A DNA stretch of 64,000 nt from Bacteroidota bacterium (lineage in GTDB: Bacteria > Bacteroidota > Bacteroidia > UBA7662 > JAIXUI01): assembly GCA_027484125.1 (NCBI GenBank), contig JAIXUI010000074.1:63791-127790 (forward strand). Reading direction: 5' to 3'. Positions 36,738 to 45,807 of this stretch are shown piece by piece. The notes beneath the pieces were generated by a model. The model had not been told where the DNA came from. It saw nothing but the letters and a program-made list of their open reading frames with translations, and made no database searches. Every line of letters begins with the position of its first letter. Position 1 is the first letter of the stretch. Made by a program: the position numbers and the translations under genes.

Positions 36738-37581
36738 ATTGGAAGAAAATGCGAGCTTCCACTGGATAATGATCCGAAAGTTGGCGTCCGTTGCTTCTTT
36801 TGGGTTGAATGACGTGATATGAATGGGTGATAAAACCGCGAGTGAGGATAAAATCGATGAGTTTATGCCGGGCTTTTGGCCAGGTAAAGCCATTGAAGGT
36901 TGGAGTAGTATCCAGGGAAGGACGTGTTTCAGTTAGGCCGCCTTCGCGAAGTATTTTTAGCGGTTGCTCGTGATATTCACAGTTGAAGTCACCCATTACA
37001 ATTACCGGCTGAGCTTGTTGGCGCACCCAAGCTGCAAGCTGTCTGGCCGACTCTGCTCGTGCTTTCACCCCTATATGGTCAAAGTGAGTGTTGAGTACCA
37101 AGAAGATTTTCTTGTTTTCCTTAAGTTTAACCCAGCTAGCGATGCGTGGCAGTGCAGCATCCCAACCTTTATTGGGAAAGTTGGGCTGCTCTGAAAGCCA
37201 AAAAGTGCCGGAGTCTAAGAGACTAAAACGGTCAGTTCGCCAATAAATGGCTGCGTGTTCACCGGCAGTTTGTCCATCATCGCGCCCACGGCTGTAGCGG
37301 GAATAGCCTTGCATCACGATATCTAAAAATTGGAGTTGAGAATTAAGTGCTTCTTGAACCCCTAAAATATCGGGTGCTTCACAAGAGGCATAGAGCCCTT
37401 TTCCCATCAGGAAACTGCCTACCTCAGCCCTTCTTTCCTTCCAAGCATCCTGCCCATCCGCTGGATTGTCGTAGCGAAGGTTGTAGGTCATCACATGAAG
37501 AGCTTGGAGCGTATTTTGGCTGTTTGCAACAGAAGTCAAAAGAGAAAATAAGAAGGCCAACAGTAAAGAATAAAGTTTCAC
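36736..37581 (-). CDS. secreted endonuclease/exonuclease/phosphatase (EEP) family protein
   Basis: Signal peptide. EEP motifs (...VMTYNLRYD..., ...NTHFDH..., ...GDFNC..., ...SDHYPV...). The start is GTG at 37579-37581. Confidence 0.8.
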   Translation of the reverse strand: MKLYSLLLAFLFSLLTSVANSQNTLQALHVMTYNLRYDNPADGQDAWKERRAEVGSFLMGKGLYASCEAPDILGVQEALNSQLQFLDIVMQGYSRYSRGRDDGQTAGEHAAIYWRTDRFSLLDSGTFWLSEQPNFPNKGWDAALPRIASWVKLKENKKIFLVLNTHFDHIGVKARAESARQLAAWVRQQAQPVIVMGDFNCEYHEQPLKILREGGLTETRPSLDTTPTFNGFTWPKARHKLIDFILTRGFITHSYHVIQPKRSNGRQLSDHYPVEARIFFQ

Positions 37582-37721
37582 ACTGAAAATTAAGGAACTG
37601 ACGCATTATTAAAGAATTGACAAGTCTGCAAACAACCATTCCAATAAATATTTGTAAAAAAGGCCCTTGCAAAATTTTAAGTAAAAACTAAATTTGTATC
37701 CAATTGAATACAATTTCACCA

Positions 37722-38021
37722 ATGTTCTTTATTGAGAAAACCTATGAATTTGATAAATGGCTTAAGAGATTAAGTGACTTACGAGCAAAGGCAAAAATTT
37801 TAATCAGGATACAAAAACTGGAACAAGATGAACACTTTGGAGACTGCAAATCAATAGGTAATGGAATCAGAGAATTGAGGATTGATTTTGGGAAAGGCTA
37901 CAGAGTGTACTTTGTAAAATCAGGTGAAAAGATAATCCTTCTTCTAATTGGCGGAGATAAATCCAGTCAAGAGCAAGACATAAGAAAGGCTAACGAGATT
38001 CTAAAAAAGTTAAATGAATAA
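37722..38021 (+). CDS. type II toxin-antitoxin system toxin, RelE/ParE superfamily (HigB-like; addiction-module killer, HI1419 family)
   Basis: 99 aa: MFFIEKTYEFDKWLKRLSDLRAKAKILIRIQKLEQ...GNGIRELRIDFGKGYRVYF... The ORF track starts at TTG 37704. Confidence 0.72.
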   Translation: MFFIEKTYEFDKWLKRLSDLRAKAKILIRIQKLEQDEHFGDCKSIGNGIRELRIDFGKGYRVYFVKSGEKIILLLIGGDKSSQEQDIRKANEILKKLNE

Positions 38022-38313
38022 AGAAATGGGAACCTCAAAATTTGACATTGCTGATTACTTAGACAGTGAAGCAATGATTGCAGAATACCTCAATGCTGCA
38101 TTAGAAGAGGGAGACGACCGTGCTATTGTAATAGCAATTGGCCATGTGGCTAAAGCTATTGGGATGACGAAAATTGCAGAAGAAACAGGCCTCAGCAGGC
38201 CAAGTTTGTATAAAGCCCTCTCGGAAGGCGCGAAGCCACAATTTTCAACGATTCTTAAAGTGCTTCGAGCAATTGGGGGCGAAATCAGAATTACACCTGT
38301 CTCTGCTTCTTGA
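38014..38313 (+). CDS. addiction-module antidote protein, HigA family (HI1420-type HTH antitoxin)
   Basis: 99 aa with HTH (...MTKIAEETGLSRPSLYKALSEGAKPQFSTILKVLRAIG...). It overlaps the toxin stop by 8 nt. Confidence 0.72.
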   Translation: MNKEMGTSKFDIADYLDSEAMIAEYLNAALEEGDDRAIVIAIGHVAKAIGMTKIAEETGLSRPSLYKALSEGAKPQFSTILKVLRAIGGEIRITPVSAS

Positions 38314-38425
38314 AATTGAACTAAGAACCCCTCAAACACCATAAAACTGCCAAATTAAAGGCGTTTTCGTGAGTGAATGAGGGGTTTTGTTTGGAGTATC
38401 TTGAAACCGCTAATTACGATTTCGT

Positions 38426-39877
38426 TCAATACCCTTCAATCTTCACACAAACATTTTGGGCTTCGGTAAAGAAATCGAAGCTTTTGAAGCCTCCTTCGCG
38501 GCCCACGCCACTGTCTTTCATGCCTCCAAAAGGGGTTCGTAAATCACGAAGGTTCCAGGTATTTACCCATACGAAACCGCTATGCAAGCGCGCTGCTACA
38601 CGGTGCGCCCGATGGATGTTTTCGGTCCAAACGCTTCCGGCTAAGCCATAACGCGTACTGTTGGCTAGCGCAAGCGCTTCTTCCTCTGTATCAAAAGGCG
38701 TAAGCGTAGCCACAGGTCCAAATATCTCCTCTTGGTTGGTGCTGCAATCCATGCTCAGATTTTCAATTAGCGTTGGTGCAACATAATAGCCCCCTTCGGC
38801 TTCGCCACCAGGATATGCTCTTTCTCCTCCGCACAACACTATTCCACCTTCCTGTTTAGCCGTTTCAATCTTAGCCAAGATTTTCTCCATATGAGGCTTC
38901 GATACCACCGCTCCCATGAACACCTCCGGATTGGAAGGATGGCCGACTTTGATTTTCTTGGCTTCAGCCACCAAACGATCCCGAAACTCGTTGTAAACCG
39001 AGCGTTCTACCAAGATTCTGGAGCCGCACAAGCAGATTTGTCCTTGATTAAGGAAAGAAGAACGAACACTCATTCTAACCGCTTCATCCAGATTGGCATC
39101 CGCAAAAATGATATTGGGGTTTTTACCTCCTAATTCGAGCGAAAGCTTCTTAAACATAGGCGCAGCAGTACGCGCAATTTGAGCGCCTGTGGCGGTTCCT
39201 CCAGTAAAGGAAATCGCCGGGATGCCTGGATGTTCGGACAATGCTTGACCAACCTTTCCACCTAAACCATGAACAATATTGAGCACACCAGCAGGAAGAC
39301 CGGCTTCTGCCACAATTTCACTCAGAAGATAAGCAGTGTAAGGCGTAACTTCTGATGGTTTGCCAATCACACAATTGCCGGCAGCCAATGCTGGGGCAAT
39401 TTTCCAAGTGAACAGGTAGAGAGGCAGATTCCAAGGAGAGATACAACCAACTACGCCCAATGGATGCCGCAAGGTGTAGTTGAGCGCCTGACCTTCCATG
39501 CTGTGCACTTGAGCATCGAAGTGAAGCAAGGCGGTAGCGAAAAAGCGGAAGTTGGCTGAAGCGCGAGGAATATCAACCTCACGAGTTAGCCATAGTGGTT
39601 TCCCGTTGTCTTTGCTTTCCGCCTCAGCCAGTTCATCGAATCGGCGCTCAATACCATCCGCGATGCGCATGAGCATTTCATAGCGAAACTGCTTGCTGCT
39701 TCTTCCCCAATCTTGGAAAGCGCGAGCAGCAGCTTGGTATGCTTCTTCTACATCGCGTTGGTCAGAATCCGGCACTTCACTGTACACTTGCCCGTTGGCA
39801 GGACTATCATTAGGCAAATATTGACCGGAGGCCGGCGCCTGAAATCGGCCATTGATGAAGTTATGCAGACGAATCAT
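38426..39877 (-). CDS. NAD(P)-dependent aldehyde dehydrogenase family protein
   Basis: 483-aa ORF with an ALDH catalytic Cys context (...GQICLCGSR...) and a Glu motif (...LELGGKNP...). Confidence 0.88.
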   Translation of the reverse strand: MIRLHNFINGRFQAPASGQYLPNDSPANGQVYSEVPDSDQRDVEEAYQAAARAFQDWGRSSKQFRYEMLMRIADGIERRFDELAEAESKDNGKPLWLTREVDIPRASANFRFFATALLHFDAQVHSMEGQALNYTLRHPLGVVGCISPWNLPLYLFTWKIAPALAAGNCVIGKPSEVTPYTAYLLSEIVAEAGLPAGVLNIVHGLGGKVGQALSEHPGIPAISFTGGTATGAQIARTAAPMFKKLSLELGGKNPNIIFADANLDEAVRMSVRSSFLNQGQICLCGSRILVERSVYNEFRDRLVAEAKKIKVGHPSNPEVFMGAVVSKPHMEKILAKIETAKQEGGIVLCGGERAYPGGEAEGGYYVAPTLIENLSMDCSTNQEEIFGPVATLTPFDTEEEALALANSTRYGLAGSVWTENIHRAHRVAARLHSGFVWVNTWNLRDLRTPFGGMKDSGVGREGGFKSFDFFTEAQNVCVKIEGY

Positions 39878-39880
39878 GGC

Positions 39881-40195
39881 CTATCTAACCACTTCACCCG
39901 GCCAAGCCATAATTCCACCCAGCATATTGAACACCTGTTCGTGCCCTTGCTCGGCAATAAAGTTGGAAGCAGTAGCCGAACGTGCGCCTGAGCGGCAATA
40001 AACGTAATAGTTTTTACCGCTTTCGAGGTTCATGATTTGATCGAAGAAGTCGCCGGAGCGGATGTCGATGTTGCGAGCACCAGCCAAATGGCCTTCTGCA
40101 TACTCTTCCGGGGTTCTTACATCAAGGAGGACCGCGTTAGGGTCGTTGGCTAAGCCTTGTGCAAAAGCTGCACAATCGATATTCTGAAAACTCAT
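39881..40195 (-). CDS. rhodanese-like sulfurtransferase (single domain)
   Basis: 104 aa with active-site loop YCRSGARS. Confidence 0.8.
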   Translation of the reverse strand: MSFQNIDCAAFAQGLANDPNAVLLDVRTPEEYAEGHLAGARNIDIRSGDFFDQIMNLESGKNYYVYCRSGARSATASNFIAEQGHEQVFNMLGGIMAWPGEVVR

Positions 40196-40282
40196 GGATA
40201 CTGATTTGAAGTTGAAGTTAAAGGAAGGATTTTAATCCAGTAAACGACTTTTAATTAGGGTAAAAAGTTTGGTCAAAAAACG

Positions 40283-40309
40283 AAAAAGCCGCAAAAAAAG
40301 CGGCTTTTT
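40283..40309. terminator. intrinsic terminator (serves the MBL-rhodanese gene on the minus strand; bidirectional-looking)
   Basis: aaaaagccgc-aaaaaaa-gcggcttttt, lying 18 nt after the stop at 40327. Confidence 0.6.
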
Positions 40310-40326
40310 GAAAATTGGAAGAAGAA

Positions 40327-41709
40327 TTAGGCCAAGGTTTCTGTAACAACAGGAGCCGAGGTTTTTTGGATGGCACCCATTCCACCTTTTACATTCACAA
40401 TTTGGTTAAAACCATGTCTGCGAAGGATAGAACAAGCAATCACCGACCTGTATCCGCCTGCGCAATGTACCAGCCAAGTGTCATTAGCATTAAGTCCACC
40501 AATGTATGATTCCAGATCCCTTAATGGAGCAAGATGGGCATCAGGAACATGACCATCCGCATATTCACCAGCGCGACGAACGTCGAGAACAGGATGCGAT
40601 TGCCACTGCTCCGCAAAAGCCTCTGCTTCCATATTCGGAATATGATCTACCACTTCTCCGGCATTTTTCCAGGCTTCGAATCCGCCTACCAAGTAGCCGG
40701 CAATATTCTCAATGCCTACACGCGCCAAGCGCAAAATAGCTTCCTGTTCTTTACCAGCATCTGCTACAATAACAAGGCGTTGTTTGATGTCCACCAACGT
40801 GCCGACCCAAATTGCATAAGAGCCGTTAAGACCAACGTTGATAGCACCGGGAATAAAGCCTTCGAGGAAGAGATCTGGGTCGCGACTGTCTAAAACAATA
40901 GCGCCTTCTGCCATTTCCTGCTTCACTTCGCTGATATTAAGACCGCGATTGTTTCGAGCAATCACTTCTTCAACCGGATCATAACCATGGCGGTTAATTA
41001 GGGCGTTTTTCACGAAGTATTTAGGAGCTGGAAGTTGTCCATCAAGCAAAACAGAGGCAAACTCTGACTTACTCATTGGCTGTAAAGCATAATTACTTTG
41101 CTTTTCAGCTCCAATGGTAGAGACCTTTTCTTTACCAATGGTTTTGCCGCACATAGAACCAGGCCCATGACCAGGATAAACCAGTAAGTGATCAGCCAAA
41201 GGCATAATTTTATGCTGAATGGTCTCGTAGAGATTAGCGACTTGCTCTTCTTTGGAGATGATCACTCCGTCGAGTAAATCCGGACGACCTACATCTCCTA
41301 CGAACAAAGTATCGCCGGTGAAAATGCTGTGTTCTTGGCCATTTTCATCAGAGAGCAGGAAACAGGTAGACTCCGGCGTATGTCCAGGAGTGTGAATGGC
41401 TTTGATGGACAGCTTACCGAGGGTGAAGACTTCGCCATCAGCGGCATTATGGATGGGGAATTGAGCTACTGCACCCGGTCCATAAACAATGGTTGCACCC
41501 GTAGCTTTAGCCAAGTCTACATGTCCTGAGACAAAGTCTGCATGAAAGTGTGTCTCGAAGATGTACTTGATGCTTGCACCACGAGATTGGGCGAGATTAA
41601 GGTAAACGTCGATATCACGGATTGGATCCACAACCGCAGCCTGTCCTTCAGATTCCAGGTAGTAAGCGGCTTCTGCAAGGCAGTTGGTGTAAAGCTGTTC
41701 GATGTACAT
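40327..41709 (-). CDS. MBL-fold metallo-hydrolase fused to two rhodanese domains (persulfide dioxygenase-sulfurtransferase, CstB/ETHE1-like)
   Basis: HFHADFVSGH metal-binding motif. The C-terminal rhodanese has the CAGGYRS active site. Confidence 0.8.
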   Translation of the reverse strand: MYIEQLYTNCLAEAAYYLESEGQAAVVDPIRDIDVYLNLAQSRGASIKYIFETHFHADFVSGHVDLAKATGATIVYGPGAVAQFPIHNAADGEVFTLGKLSIKAIHTPGHTPESTCFLLSDENGQEHSIFTGDTLFVGDVGRPDLLDGVIISKEEQVANLYETIQHKIMPLADHLLVYPGHGPGSMCGKTIGKEKVSTIGAEKQSNYALQPMSKSEFASVLLDGQLPAPKYFVKNALINRHGYDPVEEVIARNNRGLNISEVKQEMAEGAIVLDSRDPDLFLEGFIPGAINVGLNGSYAIWVGTLVDIKQRLVIVADAGKEQEAILRLARVGIENIAGYLVGGFEAWKNAGEVVDHIPNMEAEAFAEQWQSHPVLDVRRAGEYADGHVPDAHLAPLRDLESYIGGLNANDTWLVHCAGGYRSVIACSILRRHGFNQIVNVKGGMGAIQKTSAPVVTETLA

Positions 41710-41748
41710 AGGGAGGCAGTTTTTTGTTTTTTAACCAGACTTAAAAGT

Positions 41749-43017
41749 CTAAAGTTCCATGTCTAATTTTTCTACTTTAACTGTGTTTATTCTGGTATCT
41801 GATACCGATAAAACAGTGAGTAAGCAGGTACCGGATTCCATTCGGGCATTCACTTCAGGAATAGCACCAAAAGCGTCCATCAGCAGGCCGCCAAGTGTCT
41901 CATAATCTCCTTCCGGAAGGTTAAGGCCATACTTTTTATTCAAATAGTCAACCTCAAGCCTTGCAGAGAAAATCCAAAGATTGTCTTTGAGTGAGCGCTC
42001 ATCTTGATCATCCACATCGTATTCATCTTCAATTTCACCGAAGATCTCTTCGAGTAAATCCTCACGTGTAACAATACCGGAAGTTCCACCAAACTCATCA
42101 ACAACTAAAGCAATACTTCTATGCTCTTTACTGAATTTATTGAAAAGCTGAAGGGCCGGCATGCTCTCAGGCACAATCATCAATTCATGCATCAAATCAC
42201 GGAGATTGGCCTTGGGTTCGAGTAAGGCAGAGAAATGAATGAAGCCCGTGCAATTATCGATTTCTTCTTCATAAACCACTATTCGGCTGTGGCCACTTTC
42301 CATAAACACCTTGCGTAGCTCTTCCAGAGACTCATTCACTTCAATGGAAACGATTTCGGTTCTGGGAACCATGCATTCCTTCACTTTAACTTGGTCAAAC
42401 TGAAGAGCGTTTTGGAAATAGTCAATATCAACCGGATGGTCGTCAGTTTTGGTTTTAGAGGAAGTTTCGCGAATGAATTGGTCAAGGTCAATTTTCTGAA
42501 AAACGGGCGTATTCACTTCAAGAGGCAGCCTAAAAACACGAGTAATGAGGAATTCAGAGGTTTTCACTATTACCCATACCAACGGAAAAAGCAGTACATA
42601 CGCAATATTGAGAGGGATGGCGAAAAGCAGTAGTGCTTTATCGGCCATTAGGCTAAAAGCTAGTTTGGGAAGAAATTCTCCTAAAATGAGCACCACGCCA
42701 GTTGAAACAAGGGTTTCCAGGAGAATAGTGAGCAGTTCGTTTTCAGGGGAAATATGAAAAGTTTGCTGAATGAGGGGTTGCAATTGGCTGGCCATCAGCG
42801 AGCCATAAATTACAATAGAGATGTTAACGCCAATGAGGATGACCCCGATAAACCGAGAAGGATGTTTGATAAACTTGGTAAGGAGCATGGCAGAAAAATT
42901 GCCTTGCTTGCTTTTGAGCTCCAATCGGAGGCGGTTTGCCTGAAAGAAGGCAATCTCGATTCCGGAGAAGAATGCAACCCCTACTAAGGTTAATAAAATG
43001 AGGAGTACGGTGCTCAC
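41749..43017 (-). CDS. hemolysin-family CNNM/CorC-HlyC transporter-associated protein (DUF21 + CBS pair + CorC_HlyC; GldE-like)
   Basis: 422-aa ORF with an N-terminal 4-TM DUF21 domain, CBS pair and C-terminal CorC domain. The start is GTG at 43015-43017, and its start overlaps the upstream small ORF stop. Confidence 0.8.
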   Translation of the reverse strand: MSTVLLILLTLVGVAFFSGIEIAFFQANRLRLELKSKQGNFSAMLLTKFIKHPSRFIGVILIGVNISIVIYGSLMASQLQPLIQQTFHISPENELLTILLETLVSTGVVLILGEFLPKLAFSLMADKALLLFAIPLNIAYVLLFPLVWVIVKTSEFLITRVFRLPLEVNTPVFQKIDLDQFIRETSSKTKTDDHPVDIDYFQNALQFDQVKVKECMVPRTEIVSIEVNESLEELRKVFMESGHSRIVVYEEEIDNCTGFIHFSALLEPKANLRDLMHELMIVPESMPALQLFNKFSKEHRSIALVVDEFGGTSGIVTREDLLEEIFGEIEDEYDVDDQDERSLKDNLWIFSARLEVDYLNKKYGLNLPEGDYETLGGLLMDAFGAIPEVNARMESGTCLLTVLSVSDTRINTVKVEKLDMEL

Positions 43018-43250
43018 GAATGATTTTTACGGTTGAGGAAACGCCTTCGGGCACGCCGGAGGCTAAAAGTGAACGCTGCAAGGAAAGACACTACGAATAG
43101 CATCAGCGGCGTACGCTGAAGTCCGCCAAGTTTCTCGGCTTGCCAGGTTCCGGCAGCAGCAGCACCGATGGCTACAATAAGCCAAAGTGCATCGCTGAAG
43201 GTCATCCAGCGGCTGCTTTTTTGTTGATGATTGGCAGGTTGGTCCGGCAT
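43014..43250 (-). CDS. small membrane protein (78 aa, two TM helices), translationally coupled within the operon
   Basis: Its ATG overlaps the upstream stop and its stop overlaps the downstream start. Confidence 0.4.
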   Translation of the reverse strand: MPDQPANHQQKSSRWMTFSDALWLIVAIGAAAAGTWQAEKLGGLQRTPLMLFVVSFLAAFTFSLRRARRRFLNRKNHS

Positions 43251-43786
43251 TACTTCAAACTTACAACTCCTTTAACATTCAAAATACGATAGCGACTGAA
43301 ATCCTGATTGGATTCAAGACCGTCGCCATAGATAATTTCATCTTTAGTTTTAATACGTACTGGCTGATCGGTGTATAACCGATCTTGATTTTCATACCAT
43401 ACCAGCTTTTCGGTATTGAGGCTGTCCCCTTTTTCATTAACTACAAGTACCCGGCCTCTCACTTCCATCATTTGACTGAGGGTGAAACGTTTGCCATAAT
43501 CAGCTTTGAGGAAAGCATTTTGTTGTTCCCTGCTGTCAAAAAAACGTGCTTGCAGCCCTTTGGGCATTTCGGTGTAGCTTTCGCCCATGGTCACACGCAC
43601 CACCACAGGCGCATTCACCTTGGCTTTCAGTTTAGCGGAATCGGTATAAAGAATTTCTACTATTTCCGCTAATTCTCGATTTAGATTTTTTACGTCAGCA
43701 AAGAGCTGAATTTTCTTAGGCTCATTGGTGCACGCAGAAAGTGCAAGTAGCAGGATAAAACTTGCTTCTAATGCGCGTTTAATCAT
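43250..43786 (-). CDS. periplasmic lipoprotein, LptC-like (LPS export system protein C family, tentative)
   Basis: Start at MIKRALEASFILLLALSAC (ATG at 43784-43786). The C-terminal pattern ...YENQDRLYTDQPVRIKTKDEIIYGDGLESNQDFSRYRILNVKGVV... resembles LptC. Confidence 0.4.
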   Translation of the reverse strand: MIKRALEASFILLLALSACTNEPKKIQLFADVKNLNRELAEIVEILYTDSAKLKAKVNAPVVVRVTMGESYTEMPKGLQARFFDSREQQNAFLKADYGKRFTLSQMMEVRGRVLVVNEKGDSLNTEKLVWYENQDRLYTDQPVRIKTKDEIIYGDGLESNQDFSRYRILNVKGVVSLK

Positions 43787-45074
43787 ACTTACGTTGAACA
43801 AACCACAAATCATTCAAGGTAAATCCTAAAGTTAACCTTAGGAAATTCTCTTGAATGAGAGAATTACTAGTGGTACCACGCTGGCCATATTCAGCAGCAA
43901 AATGAATTTGCGAAAAAGATTTCCGAATGGGAAGACTCATGCCAAAGCTGAAGGCCCACTCATTAATAGGCGTTTCTCTTAGCTGCAAATAAGTTTCATG
44001 GTAACGAAATCCTGCCCGATAGCGAACCAGTTTGAAGTAATTCCAACCTTTCATGGTAGCAGAAGGGTTAGGTATCCATTGTCCGCCGAGTGAAAGTTGG
44101 AAACTATTACGCAGCGAATCAGAGAATCCGAAAGAGCGAAAATCGGCCCAGTTTTGCATGCGCATTTCGGCACCAACCAACCAATTACCCTCCTTTTCAT
44201 AACCAATACCAAAACCAAAACGAGAAGGCAAACGATAATCTGGATCTGAGTTCTGAACCTTGACAATAGTATCAGATACCAACGGAACCCCGGTAGAAGA
44301 AAGATTGCGGAAGCGAATTCCAAAGAGTGAGCGATCAGCGTTGAGGCTCAGAGGCAAATCGTAGAAAGCCCCTAATGTAAGGAATCGGTCTTTTGACTTG
44401 CTGGTAAAAATGCGGTATTGAGCGCCACCTGTAATTAACATCTGACGAAGGTTTACCCCATCTGAAATAAGGGTATTGAGTGCGAACGTAGTATCGGGAA
44501 AGAAGATGTATTGTTGTTGGGTAATGCTTCCAAACAAATAAGTGGCTTTCACACCGATGCTCATGTTTCTTCCTAAGCTAAAGCCATTGGCGATGTACGC
44601 CTGATTCAACCCCCCATTTCCGCTAAACCTAGAAAAATAAGGAGCGAGGCCAGTATCGGTGGTGCTAGTTACCGCATAAGAAGCATTAGAATAGGGCAGC
44701 AAACCAGCAGAAAATCCCCAAAACTTGGTGAGTGGAAAAGACAAAGCACCATAAGCGAAATTTGTATTCTGTTTAAAAAGCGACCCTTCGCTATTTCTTG
44801 CAGTTCCTATTTGGCTATTTACTGCAAAATCATAAGCCGTAAGACGAAGTCTCGCCAAACTTGCAGGATTCAATAGAGAAGGAACCGTTCCATCGGCGAG
44901 AACAATACCGAGATCGCCCATGCCTCGTTGCATGGTAAAAGTAGAAGGCGTTAAGTCGCCTAAACCAAAGCGGGCGTAGGCGGTACCTCCTGGAATTACC
45001 TGGCTGAAACCGTTAAAAGAGAGGAGTGATCCAAAGAAAAGGAGAACAAAAGTGAGCCTAAGGCGTATTATCAT
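43779..45074 (-). CDS. predicted outer-membrane beta-barrel protein (porin-like, unknown family)
   Basis: Start at MIIRLRLTFVLLFFGSLLSFNGFSQ (ATG at 45072-45074). Alternating amphipathic strands, with a C-terminal aromatic-rich end ...NDLWFVQRKYD. Confidence 0.5.
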   Translation of the reverse strand: MIIRLRLTFVLLFFGSLLSFNGFSQVIPGGTAYARFGLGDLTPSTFTMQRGMGDLGIVLADGTVPSLLNPASLARLRLTAYDFAVNSQIGTARNSEGSLFKQNTNFAYGALSFPLTKFWGFSAGLLPYSNASYAVTSTTDTGLAPYFSRFSGNGGLNQAYIANGFSLGRNMSIGVKATYLFGSITQQQYIFFPDTTFALNTLISDGVNLRQMLITGGAQYRIFTSKSKDRFLTLGAFYDLPLSLNADRSLFGIRFRNLSSTGVPLVSDTIVKVQNSDPDYRLPSRFGFGIGYEKEGNWLVGAEMRMQNWADFRSFGFSDSLRNSFQLSLGGQWIPNPSATMKGWNYFKLVRYRAGFRYHETYLQLRETPINEWAFSFGMSLPIRKSFSQIHFAAEYGQRGTTSNSLIQENFLRLTLGFTLNDLWFVQRKYD

Positions 45075-45783
45075 GGTGGAGAATAATTGCCGCAAGTCCT
45101 TGCAAGACAAGATGCGGCCGGGCAAATATCGGTTTTTCGAATGCGTTTTCAAAAATGGGAGCGTCACCGCCACACAAAACGACCAGAACATCGGGGTATT
45201 GTAGCGCGGCCTGAGCTAAAAAAGCCTTCATTTCTGCCAGAATTCCTTGCCGAGCTCCTTCTTGCATGGCCTCGGCGGTATGTCGACCAGGCCAAACTGC
45301 ATGACCAGAAGGAGGGTGAAGCAGGGGCAGTTTACCCGTAAAACGGTGCATAGCTTCAAGGCGCATGGTTAAACCAGGGGAAATAAAACCACCTAAGTGG
45401 ATACCTTCCGCGCAAAAATCCATAGTCAGGCAGGTACCTAAGCTAAGAATCACCAATGGTTTTGGGCCAAACTCGTGCAAAGCTCCGGCAATCAAAGCAA
45501 AGCGGTCTGGGCCGAGCTCTAGTAAATTATAATGGCTGTTCACCAAGCCATCCGGAAAAGGTGCAGCAAGTCGGAAATGATTTATTCCAAGCTTTTCAAC
45601 AAACGCTTGAATTTGATTTTCCGCCTTGCTCACACAAAGCCAACCAATAGCATCAAGGTTCGTTGGAGGACACCAAACAGAAAGGGCCTGGTAATCAACC
45701 AGGCCACTTTCTATCCACTGGTTTTGTACCACCAGTGCCCATTTTATTCGGGAATTGCCACCGTCAATCAACAAGCATCGCAT
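45058..45783 (-). CDS. coaX: type III pantothenate kinase
   Basis: MRCLLIDGGNSRIKWAL... followed by an ASKHA fold. Confidence 0.85.
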   Translation of the reverse strand: MRCLLIDGGNSRIKWALVVQNQWIESGLVDYQALSVWCPPTNLDAIGWLCVSKAENQIQAFVEKLGINHFRLAAPFPDGLVNSHYNLLELGPDRFALIAGALHEFGPKPLVILSLGTCLTMDFCAEGIHLGGFISPGLTMRLEAMHRFTGKLPLLHPPSGHAVWPGRHTAEAMQEGARQGILAEMKAFLAQAALQYPDVLVVLCGGDAPIFENAFEKPIFARPHLVLQGLAAIILHHDNTP

Positions 45784-45807
45784 GGAATGCGGCAGACAGG
45801 TTAAAAG

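Noticed and set aside
38373-38651. 92-aa plus-strand ORF overlapping the 3' end of the aldehyde dehydrogenase gene
   Set aside because: It is antisense to a conserved ALDH C-terminus. The ALDH ORF is intact.
40283-40309. Terminator hairpin considered as serving a plus-strand gene
   Set aside because: No plus-strand gene ends upstream of it. It follows the stop of the minus-strand MBL-rhodanese gene.
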